64,000 nt of DNA from the human T2T-CHM13v2.0 reference genome, Homo sapiens (GCF_009914755.1 NC_060925.1); one strand, 5' to 3'; counted from the first letter of the stretch, positions 41,001 through 54,629 are shown. Notes: a model not told the origin generated them from the letters alone. Program-made: numbers and translations.

Positions 41001-41927
41001 CGTATACTGTAAACTCTTTATTGGAGAACAGACTTAAAAATACATAGCAATTATTTTTCCGGAGTCCCTCCACAAAAGGGTAGTTTCTGAACTGAAAAAC
41101 TCTGTCATAGAGGGTCTCCTCATAGGGTGGGGGAGACCCCAGTTTGGATTCAGTAGACAATGTTAGAGATTTAGTGTTATTTTGGCCATTGCTTTTCTCT
41201 TAATGTATCACTTCAAAGAGAAAGGAAATTGATTGTATATACATCACATGTTTGAATGTATGATTATAACTTAATCTAAAATCATTCCAAGTTACACATT
41301 ACATAGAGATTCAAAATGAACTATTATGCTCTGATACTAGTGTTACATTCTTCCTTTAATTTAATGTATTCACAAATAATCACTCATTTTCAGTTTGCAT
41401 TTTGGAGGACCTCAGCAGTCTTATTGTTAGCATGTGCTTAGACACCCAGATTTCCAGACAAATTCTCTATTCCAAACTATGTTTAGTCTGAGGTTTGAGT
41501 CTGGAAAATGAGCTAGCTACTGTCCCCTCTTTCCTCTCTAATTTGTTTATGTTTACTGTCTCCAAAGGCGTCTGTGTCCTTAAGGGTTGCCACTTACTTG
41601 CTGCCCTGCCAGGTGCCCTGCAATACACATCCCTGCAATACACGTCCACAGTGAATTGTAAAGCAATTGAAATCTTTATACAACTTTGTGTGAAAGGCCA
41701 AAGAGAGGAATTTTGTCACTCTGTGTGGCAAAACTGTGTAAAAACCTTCACATCCACTTATTTCCTCAAAAATCTATTTTTTATCACAATCTGACAGTTT
41801 TCTCAAACCTTCCATTCCTCCAATTTTTTCTCTCCACAAACTCTTCTAATTTCTCGTAATACGTTTCTTTCTCTGCTTATCTGATATATCTACTCTCTAT
41901 CTTCTTACAATTGTTCTCTCTGCTTCC

Positions 41928-43285
41928 TTTTTTTTAACTTTTACTTTAAGTTCTGGGTTACATGTGCAGAACATGCAGTTTTGTTACATAGGTATACACG
42001 TGCCACGGTGGTTTGCTGCACCCATCAACCCATCACCTACATTAGGCATTTCTCCTAATGTTATCCCTCCCCTATGCCCCCACCCCCCGACAGGCTCCAG
42101 TGTGTGATGTTCCCCTCTGTGTCCATGTGTTCTCATTGTTAAACTCCCACTTATGAATGAGAACATGCAGTGTTTGGTTTTCTGATCTTGTGATAGTTTG
42201 CTGAGAATGATCGTTTCCAGCTTCATCCATGTCCCTGCAAAGGACATGAACTCATCCTTTTTTATGGCTGTATAGTATTCCATGGTGTATATGTGCCACA
42301 TTTTCTTAATCCAGTCTATCACTGATGGACATTTGGGTTGGCTCCAAGTCTTTGCTATTGTGAATAGTGCCGCAATAAACATACGTGTGCATGTGTCTTT
42401 ATTGTAGAATGATTTATAATCCTTTGGGTATATGCCCAGTAATGGGATTGCTGGTCAAATGGTATTTCTGGTTCTAGATCCTTGAGGAATCGCCACACTG
42501 TCTTCCACAATGGTGGAACTAATTTACACTCCCACCAACAGTGTAAAAGCATTCCTATTTTTCCACAACCTCTCCAGCATCTGTTGTTTCCTGACTCTTT
42601 AATGATTACCGTTCTAACTGGCGTGAGATGGTATCTCATTGTGGTTTTGACTTGCATTTCTCTAATGGCCAGTGATGAACATTTTTTCATATGTCTGTTG
42701 GCTGCATAAATGTTTTCTTTTGAGAAGTGTCTGTTCATATCCTTTGCCCATTTTTTGATGGGGTTGTTTGTTTTTTTTCTTGTAAATTTGTTTAAGTTCT
42801 TTGGAGATTCTGGATATTAGCCCTTTGTCAGATGGATAAATTGCAAAAACTTTCTCCCATTCTGTAGGTTGCCTGTTCACTCTAATGATAGTTTCTTTTG
42901 CTGTGCAGAAGCTCTTTAGTTTAATTCGATACCATTTGTCAATTTTGGCTTTTGTTGTCATTGCTTTTGGTGTTTTAGACATGAAGACCGTGAGACAAGC
43001 ACAGTATCTGTGCTGGAGATCCTTGGGCCCAGACCCTCATGGCTTTCCTTGGGTAGGGGAGAAAATTCCCCGACCCTTTGTGCTTCCTGGGTGAAGAGAC
43101 GCCCCACCCTGCTTTGGCTTGCCCTCCATGGGCTGCACCCACTGTCCAACCAGTCCTAATGAGATGAACCAGATACTTCAGTTGGAAATGCAGAAATCAC
43201 CGCCTTCTGCGTAGATCTCCCTGGCAGCTGCAGACCAGTGCTGTTCCTATTTGGCCATCTTGAATCCGCCCCACCCCACCCCCTG
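41928..43285 (-). mobile_element. L1PA (about PA7/8) with its 5'UTR start fused to the ORF2 3' end and 3'UTR
   Basis: 41928-42985 is the ORF2 C-terminus ([17 protein letters not shown]..., [13 protein letters not shown]...) plus 3'UTR. 42986-43285 is the L1 5' end (sense CAAGATGGCCAAATAGGAACAGC...). Confidence 0.92.
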
Positions 43286-44311
43286 CCCCATTGTTTTCTA
43301 ATACACATCACTGTAGACTTTCTAAGGCTTTGTATCAGTAGGAGTCCAGTCAAGGAACAAAGCGAGAACAGAGAGAATTTGTTAACTAGAAATAAATTAT
43401 TGACCAAGAAAATGCAAGGATAAAAAGAGAAATTCAAGATATCATAGAGAAGCCATCATAAGAAGGACCTACCTTCTTATGATAGGAGTTGGAATTATTA
43501 AAACTTAGTAACTTAAAGGAGGGGCCCCACATGGCTGAAACTCTTACCTCTGAGGACAAGGTACTGCTTAGCAGGTGCTGGGGTCCCTAAGCTAGAGCAT
43601 AATTAAGCTGGTTCTGCAGATCTTTAAAAAGCTGTAAACTGAGTTCAGGCACTGCTCTAGAAAGGAACTCTGTCTCTGGGATGAAAAAGTTGTGCTGAGG
43701 TGCCTCTGACAGGCATTACAAACAAACAAATAGCTCACAGAAAGCAGAGAGGAAGGAACAAGCCTCTTGCTCCGCTTCTTCCAATTTTATAATCTACTTC
43801 TAGAAACCCCTATCTGCAGAGCCTAACATAGAGCCAGGTGGCAAAGCAGAACATGATTTACTGAGACCCGTGTCCGGGGTCATAAAGCAGATTATACAGG
43901 TGTGTATTTGAAGTTAAAAGGGAGTAGCTTAAAAACTGGCACAGTCCTCTCCCTTTGACTACTTAGCATCCATATAAAGTCTTCTACACATATTGACACT
44001 TTTCTACAACAACAAAAGACATTGTTCCTGCCTAAGGCAATGCAACTATCTATCTCACAAATGAAGACATTATTATCCTGTCCCCAAAATGAGAAGCTCC
44101 CAAGTTTAATAGTAAAATCATGTATTGTATCTTGTGAAATAGAACCCTAATGCTTTCAAAGTGTCTTCTAACTGGTGCCGTTACTGAATTCTCCACATGC
44201 CAGTCTATCTTTGTATTAAGCCAGATGCTTCAGAGTGATGAGGGAACATGGTAAGATCAATTAACCCCATGGGTATGAGTCTGTTGCTACATTCTTTGCA
44301 GTGAGATTAGT

Positions 44312-44523
44312 TTCTTTTTTAAAAAATTTAATTTTATTTTTTATTTTACATTCTGGGGTACATGTGCAGGGTGTGCAGGTTTGTTACATAGGTAGACATG
44401 TGCCATAGTGGTTTGCTGCACCTGTATGCATAGCTATTTTTCCTAATCCTCTTTCTCCCCCCAGCTCACCCCACAACAGGCCCCAGTGTGTGTTGTTCCC
44501 CTCCCTGTGTCCATATGTTCTCC
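44312..44523 (-). mobile_element. L1PA 3'-end fragment in the ERVL integrase
   Basis: CTGGGGTACATGTGCAGG..CATGTGCCATAGTGGTTTGCTGCAC. TSD AGTTTCTTTTT on both sides. Confidence 0.9.
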
Positions 44524-44811
44524 AAATGAGTTTCTTTTTATGAAGAGATGCCATGTGGAATAACGTGACAAATGAAAAAGACTTTCTGTAAACCCACAAA
44601 TGGTTGTTCTGGAGAAAATATGATGTGCATCCAGAATATGTCTCTATTCCAGTGATGACATATTTGTAGCCCCTCCAAGTGGGGAGGTGTCCAATGTAAT
44701 CAGTCTGCTACCTCAAGTGTCTAGAAAATGCCCCTAGTGAATCATGCTTTAATGGCACTGAGTGCTGGCCTCTATTGTTGGTAGGTTGGGCATCTAGCCT
44801 TGGTGAGTTGT

Positions 44812-44948
44812 TGTCTCAACATATTGTTGAGACATGTACTCATTGTCCATGTTGTGCATGTTGTTGAGACATGTCCATGTCAACATATTGTTGAGACATG
44901 GACTCATTGTCCATGTCGTGCATGTTGTTGTCTCAACATATTGTTGAG
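44812..44948. repeat. Tandem 51-bp duplication built from TCAACA-TAT-TGTTGA hairpins
   Basis: Units 44816-44866 and 44880-44930 differ at 2 positions. Three hairpin copies. Confidence 0.9.
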
Positions 44949-45617
44949 GCCATGGACTGCCTCTGTTCTTACCACTATGGCCACTTTTTGCATTGATCCA
45001 TTTAGCATGTGTTCTAGTAGTTGAGATAAGAGGCTGATTGACACCCACAAAGTGTGTCATTTTATCCACCTTTGCCATGGAAGTCCTTCGGTGAGCATTC
45101 ACATGTAAAATGAATACTTTAACACTCTGTTGTGATTCTAAAAGTTCCATCTGCAAACCCCTTTCCCAGACCTTTTTGTCCCCTGTATTCTCATTCTATG
45201 GGGTTTTTGTTACCCAAGGCCCTGATCATCCAGCTCAACCATTAGTAACTGTTTATGAATCAATGTAGACTCATCCCTCCGATTGGGTATGTCTACGCCC
45301 AGAGAAGATAGACAACCAAATGCACCACTCAACCTCTGGACCCTGTCAGGTTTGCCTTCATCAGTTTTCCAAGGCCACTCTTGAATGATGCCATAATGCT
45401 GCCTCTGTCCACTTTCAGTAGTGTTAGTATATTGTGTAGAACCATCTGTACTAGGCCTGAGTTTTTTTTTTTTTTTTTCCTCAGTCACCTGGTCATAAAA
45501 TCATGAGACTATAAGAAAGGAAGGAAGGCAGCAGGAGTTACTCAAAGGAGTTGTAGGCACCTGCTCATGCAAATTACTTGTGTGGCTTCAGGACCTGCTC
45601 AAGCACAATCTCATATG

Positions 45618-46158
45618 CAGTCATGCACCTCATAATGACGTTTCAGTTCATGATGTGTTGCATATACAATGGTGGTCATCCAGAAAGCTAAAATTAACTT
45701 ATCATTGAAGAAAAAAAGTTTTAAATAAATTTATGTAGCCTAATTGGACAGTACTTATAAAGTCTACAGTAGTGTATAGTAATGTCCTAGGCCTTCACAT
45801 TCACTCACCACTCATTCACTGACTCACCCAGAACAACTTTCAATCCTGCAAGCTCCATTAGTGCCCTATACAGGTGAACCATGTTTTATCTTTTATACTG
45901 TATTTTTACATTTAGATAGTTTTAGATACACAAGCACTTACCATGGTGCTACAGTTGCCTATAGTATTAAATATAGCAACATGCCACACAGGTTTGTAGC
46001 CTAGGAGCAATAGGCTGTGCCAGATATTCTAGGTGTGTAGTAGGCTACACTATCACACTAGGTTTGTGTAAGTACACACTATGATGTTTACATAATCACA
46101 AAAACACCTAACAGTGCATTGCTCAAAACCATTCTTGTCATTAAGCAATGCATGACTG
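45618..46158 (-). mobile_element. Tigger3b/c (MER7) DNA transposon
   Basis: TIRs CAGTCATGCA...TGCATGACTG(TA). Internal CACATTCACTCACCACTCA. Confidence 0.9.
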
Positions 46159-46476
46159 TATACTGTCTCCACTTGATGACAGGTTGCTTTGGTGCATGTG
46201 CAACCTACGTCTTAGTGAGTCAGATAGTGCCAAATCATGGTGGAGATCTAAGGTTCCTTGGCCATTCAATATCCCATGGTTTGGTGTTTAGTCTCTAATC
46301 CTAGTTTAGGAAAAAGCCAGAAGCTGTTTCTCAAGAGAAAAGAAAAATACTTATCTGTAAAAGAAGGCATAAATTTTCTCCAAAATCCTAAAGGCCCTCA
46401 CAATGATTATCCTATTGGCATTTATAAGAGGCTCATAGGCATTCCTATTTCACTCAGGCACTTCAGGTATCGTTGG

Positions 46477-46826
46477 TGATACAGTTTGGTTGTGTCCCCA
46501 CCCAAATCTCATCTTGAATTTTAGCTCCCATAATTCCCACATGTCATGGGAGGTAATTAAATCATGGGGTCAGGTATTTCCCATGCTATTCTTGTGGTAG
46601 TCAGTAAGTTTCATGAGATCTGATGGCTTTATACATGGGAGTTCTCCTGCACAAGTTCTCTCTTTGCTGGCCACCAGGTAAGGCGTCCCTTTGCTCTTCC
46701 TTCATCTTCCACCATGATTGTGAGGCCTCCCCAGCCATGCCGAACTGTGAGTCAATTAAACCTCTTTCCTTTATAAATTATCCGGTTGCAGATACGTCTT
46801 TATTGGTGTGAGAAGAGACTAATACA
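46477..46826 (+). mobile_element. THE1 MaLR solo LTR
   Basis: TGATACAGTTTGGTTGTGTCCCCACCCAAATCTC...GACTAATACA. Confidence 0.92.
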
Positions 46827-47043
46827 ACTGGATTTGCTGGGTCATAAAGTAAAGTGTAAATGCTGCTTTATACTGCAGGGCACCAGAGCCTTCTCTTCCC
46901 AGGTCCCTCTCAAAGCCCTTTGGAGGTAAAATTAGCACAGTTAAATTTGTTATATGTTGGTTGAAACATGAACAAACACACAAACCATCAAGCACTATGC
47001 CTTTTCATTTTTTTTGTGGTAGATGGTCCAAGGTGCAGTAACT

Positions 47044-47772
47044 TGTCTTTCACATTAGAAGTATTAACAAAAGACCATGAGATCTCCAGAGGAAAAAGGG
47101 AGCGATTTATTTTATATGTATATATAAAATATATGCCTATATATTATATATATATAATAAATATATTTTATATTTAAATAAATATATATTTAAAATATAT
47201 TTTATATTTAAATAAATATATATATAAAATATATTTTATATTTAAATAAATATATATATTTAAAATAAATATATTGTATATATTTTATATATATTTACAT
47301 ATACATCCGATGCTGGAGGAGACACAGCCTTGGATGTATAATGAAAGCACAGTTGCAGAGAACAAAGAGGGGATTTGGCGTAAATAGGAAAAGTTCCCAT
47401 CACAGCCCTCAATCAGGCCTGTATATGTAAATGAAGAATTTAAATTTGTTCCATCCTGATTGGTTGAAATAACTGAGTCCTGATTGTGTAGTTTCTAAGC
47501 CTCAAACCAGAAGTCTCTGCATGCCACTTTCAGGCTGGTAGGAGGAGCCTTCCAGCCAGTCATGGTGTCTCAGCTCTGGAACTATCTTGGCTCAGAGGTG
47601 CAAACAGGTTTATTTGGAGCTGCTCTCTTCAAGAACAAAGGGTAAGTGACCACCTTTCTCTCTCTCACCATAGCCACTGGCTTCCTAGTATCTTGATTTG
47701 GGCATCTCTGTAAGCCGCACAGAGTCCATCTCATCTAGAAAGCCTGGGGTCTATTTACAGCTTCATTTCACA
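47044..47772 (-). mobile_element. Probable LTR insertion (ERV1/MER67-like, family uncertain)
   Basis: TG...CA-bounded block interrupting the ERVL RT region. Has paired CCTGATTG boxes and a TTTATT poly(A)-type signal on the minus strand. Confidence 0.45.
47108..47305. repeat. AT-rich low-complexity minisatellite
   Basis: About 3 copies of a ~34-bp ATATATTTTATATTTAAATAAATATATAT unit. Confidence 0.85.
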
Positions 47773-48309
47773 GAGCACTAAAATGATATTCTCAAAATCT
47801 CTGGACCTGAGTTGGCAGATCCCAGATATTTTACTGAGTTTATCTGCCATTCTCTAGTTCCCATTTCAGGAAGTACCTAAAATATTCTCATGAAATCTAA
47901 TCAGTGAAATGCTATCAATGTAATAGACTAATGTGATGTGTGGAATTATCAAGACCATTAAGATCTCTACAAAATGCTGTGTGGCAGAGAGCTGGAGAGT
48001 TGACATACTTCTGGGCAAGAAAGCAAATGTGTATTTTTGGCCCTGCCAAGGAGCAAAGCAAACTACTCTGGCAGACCTTGAAAACTGGTATGGAGAAAAA
48101 ATTATTTGTCAGGTCAGTAGCTGCTATCAGGTGCTAGGGGTTGTGTTCATTTGCTCCAGTAAAGATATAACATAAAAGAGCCACTGTAATTGGAGTTACC
48201 ATGTGATTCACTTTATTATAATCACAGTCATTCCCCAAGAGCCATCTACGTTATGCGCAGGCCAAATAAGCAAGTTAAGTAAAATATTACAGGTATCACC
48301 ATACATTAA

Positions 48310-48600
<291 letters not shown>

Positions 48601-49369
48601 CATCCATGAATCTTTCAAGTCTTTGATGGCACTAATCTCAGCAATTCTCCCTGGGATGCAGTTGTTTTTGGTTTACTATCCTGGTAGGAAGAAAAAGTTC
48701 TAGTGGCTTCCATTTGGTCCTTCCTACAATATTGAGCCTTACTTTATGAGTCACAGGGCGAATGTGGGAATGCTGCTGGTGTCCAAGTACATGAATTCCC
48801 ATTACATACTCAGAAACTGGGGAAATAATCACAGGGTGGGCCATGAACATTCAGATCTCATGGTGATTTGCATTTGGGCTTAGATGCCATCTCCTTCCTG
48901 AGTACAATAATCCCTCACTATTGATAGATTACAGTAGGATTTGGAGTTTATAGGAATTAATGTTAATTCAGGACCAGTATAAAAATCCCTGATAGGTCTG
49001 GGTGTTTCTTTTTCCCCAATGTGCATTAACTCTAGTAAATATCTATAAGTTCCTTTGGGGAAAACTTAGCGAAATATTTATAGGATGTATGTATAGCAGT
49101 GCTGCAGCATCCATTCTCAAGGAACCCAATTTCTTCTTCAGCAGAAGGACTTTGGGTTTATGGATTGGCCTAGGTCTGGTAGCGAAGTGAGAAGCCATTA
49201 CTCTCCATTGTGGCAACTCAAGTCATGCTTTTGGCCACCACACCGCTGGAGTTTTTCCCGTTATATAGATTAAGAAACATTTTATTTGACTCCCCATATA
49301 TTTCATTTCTAGGAACAACTTGATTAATTACCTGCTTCCCAAAATCCCTGAAAGTTAAAACATTCTGAC

Positions 49370-49917
49370 TATTATTATCCAGCCTTATAAAAGAAGGAAA
49401 TCCTGCCAGCTGCAACAAAACAGATGAACCTGGAAGACAATATGCTGAATGAAAAAAGCCAGACACAGAAATTCAAATAGTGCTTGATCTCAGTTACATG
49501 TGGAATCTAAAAAAGTTTAATTCATAGAAACAGAGAGTAGAAAGGTAGTTACCAGGGCTGGGAAAATGTTGATCAAAGGGTAAAAAGTTTAAGTTACAGG
49601 ATGAATGTGTTCTGGAGACCTGAAATACAGCATGGTATCTATAATTAATAATAACATATTGCATACTTGAAATTTGCTAAGAAAGTAGATTTAGTATTCT
49701 CATCACATGTACACAAAAAGATAACTATGTGAGGTAATGAATATGTTAATTAGCTTGATTGTGGTACTCATTTCACTATATATGTATCAAATATATATAT
49801 TCATATATATCATATATATGTAGTAAAACATCATGTTATACACCATAAATATATACAATTTTATTTGTAAATTATATTTTAATAAAGCAGGGGAAAAAAT
49901 TAAAACCAAAAAAAAAA
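49370..49917 (+). mobile_element. L1MA-type 3' end
   Basis: CAGCCTTATAAAAGAAGGAAATCCTG..ATACTTGAAATTTGCTAAGA..TTAATTAGCTTGATTGTGG..AATAAAGC plus A tail. Confidence 0.88.
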
Positions 49918-50813
49918 CCATTATATTACTCAACCATGGCTAACTTTTATGGTAAATGTGCCTGTCTTATCTTTGGTGGTTAAATACTGCCAACAGAAAA
50001 AGTAAAACAAATGTAAACAAAAAAGTAAAACAAACATTCCTTTTACCCCAGGATCTCATCATTTCCATTACAATCAGAAATTCCATCTCAGTTATGTTAT
50101 TTTCCATACTCATAGTTGGCTTACAGAAGACAGCCATCACAGAGCTATGTAAAGATGTAGGTGCTTTGCACATGTATGTGTTTCTCAATAATGTAATGAA
50201 GGTATTGGGTTGGTTAGGGTGATGTAGTTGGAGGATAGGTGTCACGTTTGCATATTATACAATTTGCCTAATATTCTTCTCTCCCTATGTCTTTGGATTC
50301 CTTCCACTTCATCTTACCATGAAATCTCTGCTATCTCCTTCTACTTCAATTTATTCAATTTAAGACACTGTTAAGTTCAATTTTAAGTAAACAAAACAAA
50401 GAAACTGTTAGAATCACTTCTGGCTTTACAGCCTAACCCACTATATTAGGAATATTTCAAAATTCCACTTATTTAATAAGTTAGACCTGATCTAGTTTTA
50501 CATTTCACCATCCTTATTCTAACTCCCCATTGGAATTATCTCCTACACATATTTCCTAGGTTTCTATCAATATTATTTACAAAATCTTGCAATTATTTTG
50601 ATGTATAAGCTATTTTTCTTTGGGTCAGATTCTGTACCAGACCCATGGAGCATGCTGAGTTCTGAACCTAGTTATAAGTCAGTTATAGTGACAATAAGAG
50701 ATGGCTGAGGTTAATCTTACATAAAATGAGCATTCACTTGCAAGACAACAGTCCAGTTCCTAGACAGATGGTTGCAGAGTTTTCAGGCAAGGGAAAGCTT
50801 GTCTTTTCAGCTA

Positions 50814-51137
50814 CAGGCTGAGTATCCCTTATCTGAAAAGCTTGGGACCAGAAGTGTTTCAAATTTGGGGATTTGGAATATTTGCATACATATAACGAAG
50901 TATCTTGGGGATGGAATCCAAGTCTAAACATGAAACTCATGTTTTATATAAATATTATACACGTAGCCTGAAGGTAACTTCATATAATATTTTACAATAA
51001 TTTTGTGCATGAAACAAAGTTTGTGTTAAGTACTTATGTGTGGAATTTTCCACTTGTAGGTTATGTTGGCATGCACAAAATTTTATATTTTGGAATATTT
51101 CAGATTTTGGATGTTCAGATTAGGAATTCTCAGCCTG
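50814..51137. mobile_element. Tigger4 (Zombi/MER46-type) DNA transposon
   Basis: TIRs CAGGCTGAG...CTCAGCCTG and TATCCCTTATCTGAAAAGCTTGGGACCAGAAGTGTTTC. Confidence 0.88.
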
Positions 51138-52395
51138 TTCAGGTAAGCAATTGGCATGTATTTACAGGGGGGCTCAGAGTGACTTGAATCTAAGATTCTC
51201 AGCCTCATCTGAGTATGAATTAATTTGTCCATTTCAAGTTTCTGAGTCCCATTTCTTCCTTATCAATGCTTTCACTTTCTTGTGAGAGACTTTGTAAGGC
51301 TATGAATTCAATACGTATTGTAATTCTGCAAACTTCACAGTATTTTAAGTATAGCTTCTTAAAATATTGGTCACATGGCTGCAGAAAAATGAGACTTATT
51401 TAGGGTTGTCATGAAAAGTTTGTGGTTCTCTGACCATGACTTGAATTGAGAGTTTAAAGACCTATGTTTATAGTTTCCATCTTGTAACCACTCTTGTGCA
51501 CTTGACAGCAAAAAGCTAATGAGGATGCATCATGATAGGAAGATCAAGCCATGATATGACCTTATTTAAGCTGTGATCATGCTTCCTCCTAGGGTTGGCA
51601 TGGGGATTGAATAAGTAGATGCTCATAAGAATCCATCCCATACCACAGTCCACATAGGCATCCTTACTCCAGTAAGAGTCAAATGAAATAGTCACTTGGG
51701 TTCCCAAGGTTCTTGCTTCAGTAGACACTTCATCACAATCAACCACAGGTGGTGATGTGATTAAGTGTAGTGCATCTACATGCAATTAGTGATTAGCACC
51801 TCATTTACCATTGGCAAGGATCTTGATATTGCGTTCAATCTAAGGACATGACCATATTAATCCAACATAACTTTAAGGATTTGTTTCCTAAAATAAATTT
51901 CTGGTTATGGAACCAATTACTGTGTAAGGAAGGGCCCATTCAGGAGACAGACACAGTACTGGCTATTTGAACCCAGAAAATTTAATGTAAAGAACTGTTA
52001 ACTATTTACAAAGTTCTTAAACAGATAAAAGAAAGCATTTTTTTTTTTAAAGATATAAACTGCAGAAAGTAGCTACCACCCCTAGGGCTGAGGGAACAAA
52101 CGGGAGAGTTTGCAATTATTAATCTTTAGAACCTTAGCTAGGGGCTCTCTGTTGCAGAAATTAAGCCATTTGATGAGAAGGTGCTTGTTCAGCTAGTGCT
52201 GGTGCATTGGAGCTTGGAGAAAAGGCCCTGTAGACTTGAGACCTTTGTCTACGGAAAAGGGGTCAGCAGACAGTTGGTGCTGGTGTTTTCAGGCAGAGAA
52301 CATAATGGAGCTGATCTGCAAGTGCGGGAAAAACTACGAACGGGTTTCACCTGCTGCGTTGAAACAAACAAGCAAACTGGTGTACTATGGAGTCA

Positions 52396-52396
<1 letters not shown>

Positions 52397-52435
<39 letters not shown>
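52397..52435. repeat. (AAC)13 trinucleotide repeat inside the ERVL 5' LTR
   Basis: Directly visible. Confidence 0.95.
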
Positions 52436-52437
<2 letters not shown>

Positions 52438-53272
52438 ACTCTGAAGTGCTGCTAGTAGTCACAGCCCTCAGGGAGAATACAGCCAAGACTGTTGCTTGTT
52501 CCTTCTCCAGCCTTGCAGTCTCTCACTAGTGCCCCTCACTGGCAGAGCCTAACAAAGCAGAAATGTGGTTTCTGGAATTCTGCCCTAGCATCAAAAAGCA
52601 GAGCATAGAGGGTCAGTTTGGAGCTGGGGACAATGACTTCATAAATGGCACAGGCCTCTTCCAGTTATGCACTTATCCCCATTTGTTTATACATCCCGAG
52701 CAGGAATCTTCTTAGAAGATAGACAGAGGAAGAAAAACTACATCATGGGATGGTATTTTGTTTTAAATATGTTCAATAAAATCATGTCGTCCCTTGTTCC
52801 AGAGATGTTTGACAGTGTTGACAGTTTGCTCCTGTTCTCCTAGCTGTTGGAGTGTCACTCTCCCTGGCTCTTCTGCAACTCCTCTGAGAGTTCCATCTTA
52901 GTCTAATTCACAGAATTTTCGCTTCATCATTTTTTCCGCAAACCTGCCCTTCCTCCTGTATCTGCCCTTTCAATAAAAGAGATTAACTTCCATGCAGTCA
53001 CCCAAACTGGAAATGGAAGAGTCACTATTACTTCCTCATCTTATCCAGCCCACCCATCCAAGTGGATATCAAACCTGTGTATTCCACTCCCTAATTATCT
53101 CTTACATCTCCCCCTTTAATTCCTTCCCTTTTGCTCCTAACTCTCCTTAGCCCCTCGCCATCACTGATGCGCTTCCTTCTCAATGACTTCCCGGCCTCTA
53201 CTCTGGGCCTCTCCTTTCCATCTGCCACACTTCTCGGCCTAAACTCCCTCAATGGTTCCCATCACTTCAGCC

Positions 53273-53450
53273 CAGTGCTTTTCACCCAACACCGTGCTAG
53301 AATTACACCAGGAAAACTTTTAAAAATGCAGATGCCTGAACCCTACCCTTAGAGACTTCATTTTAACTGGTCTGGACAGGTGCCCAGCCTCTTACATTTT
53401 TTAAACATTCCCCAGTTGATTCTATTGTTTTGCCAGGGTGGTGAGCCACT
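53273..53450. mobile_element. MER5-type hAT MITE
   Basis: CAGTG...CCACTG termini, TAAAAATGCAGATGCCTG and CCCCAGTTGATTCT. Confidence 0.75.
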
Positions 53451-53684
53451 GCCTGAGCCTAAGTATCCAGTGCTTCTTATAAGCCATCTCATTTCTGTAT
53501 TTCTAACCATATCTCCGACACCTTTCTTCCAACACACCATGTGCCCTAGTCTTCATGAAATACTTGTTTTCTTGCCTCCAACATCCATTCCACTCCTTTC
53601 CTTCCATATACGTTTGTAATTATTCCTTAAGATTCAACATAGGCAACAATCTAAGAAATGACTATTTCCAACGCCTATAACTGT

Positions 53685-54240
<556 letters not shown>

Positions 54241-54629
54241 ATCATACACCTATATCACCTATCTTTCTTTCCCATTAAATGCATGCACAGCATTGGCAAA
54301 GACCATATCATTCATTGTTGTACATAATACTTAATACAGAAGATGGCATATTGTAAGTACTAAACAAAATATCTATTGAATGAGTAAAGATATGGTTCCT
54401 GTTCCAGATAGCTCAGAGCCTGAATTCTTATTCATTCTTTTCTCTCTCTTGCAATTACATAATGGGTGGTTCATATAGATCTTCATAATTTTTTTTACTT
54501 CAAAATAATAAATTAGATAGATGAAAGTTTTGCTTTAATTTGCAAATTAGAATTGTTTATCTGGGTGCCCATTCGTACACATGATAACCTTTTTTTTCAA
54601 TAATATTTATTGAGAGAAGAGAAAATAAT

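Noticed and set aside
41616-41647. 15-bp tandem duplication CCCTGCAATACAC(A/G)T
   Set aside because: Ordinary slippage duplication.
41984-42982. ORFs of 106-132 aa as genes
   Set aside because: Frameshifted L1 ORF2 C-terminal fragments.
44812-44948. CRISPR-like array of palindromic repeats
   Set aside because: Primate DNA, the spacers are duplicates rather than unique, and there are no cas genes. It is a tandem/inverted duplication.
52181-52529. Poly-Asn/poly-Thr ORFs
   Set aside because: Translation of an (AAC)n microsatellite within an LTR.
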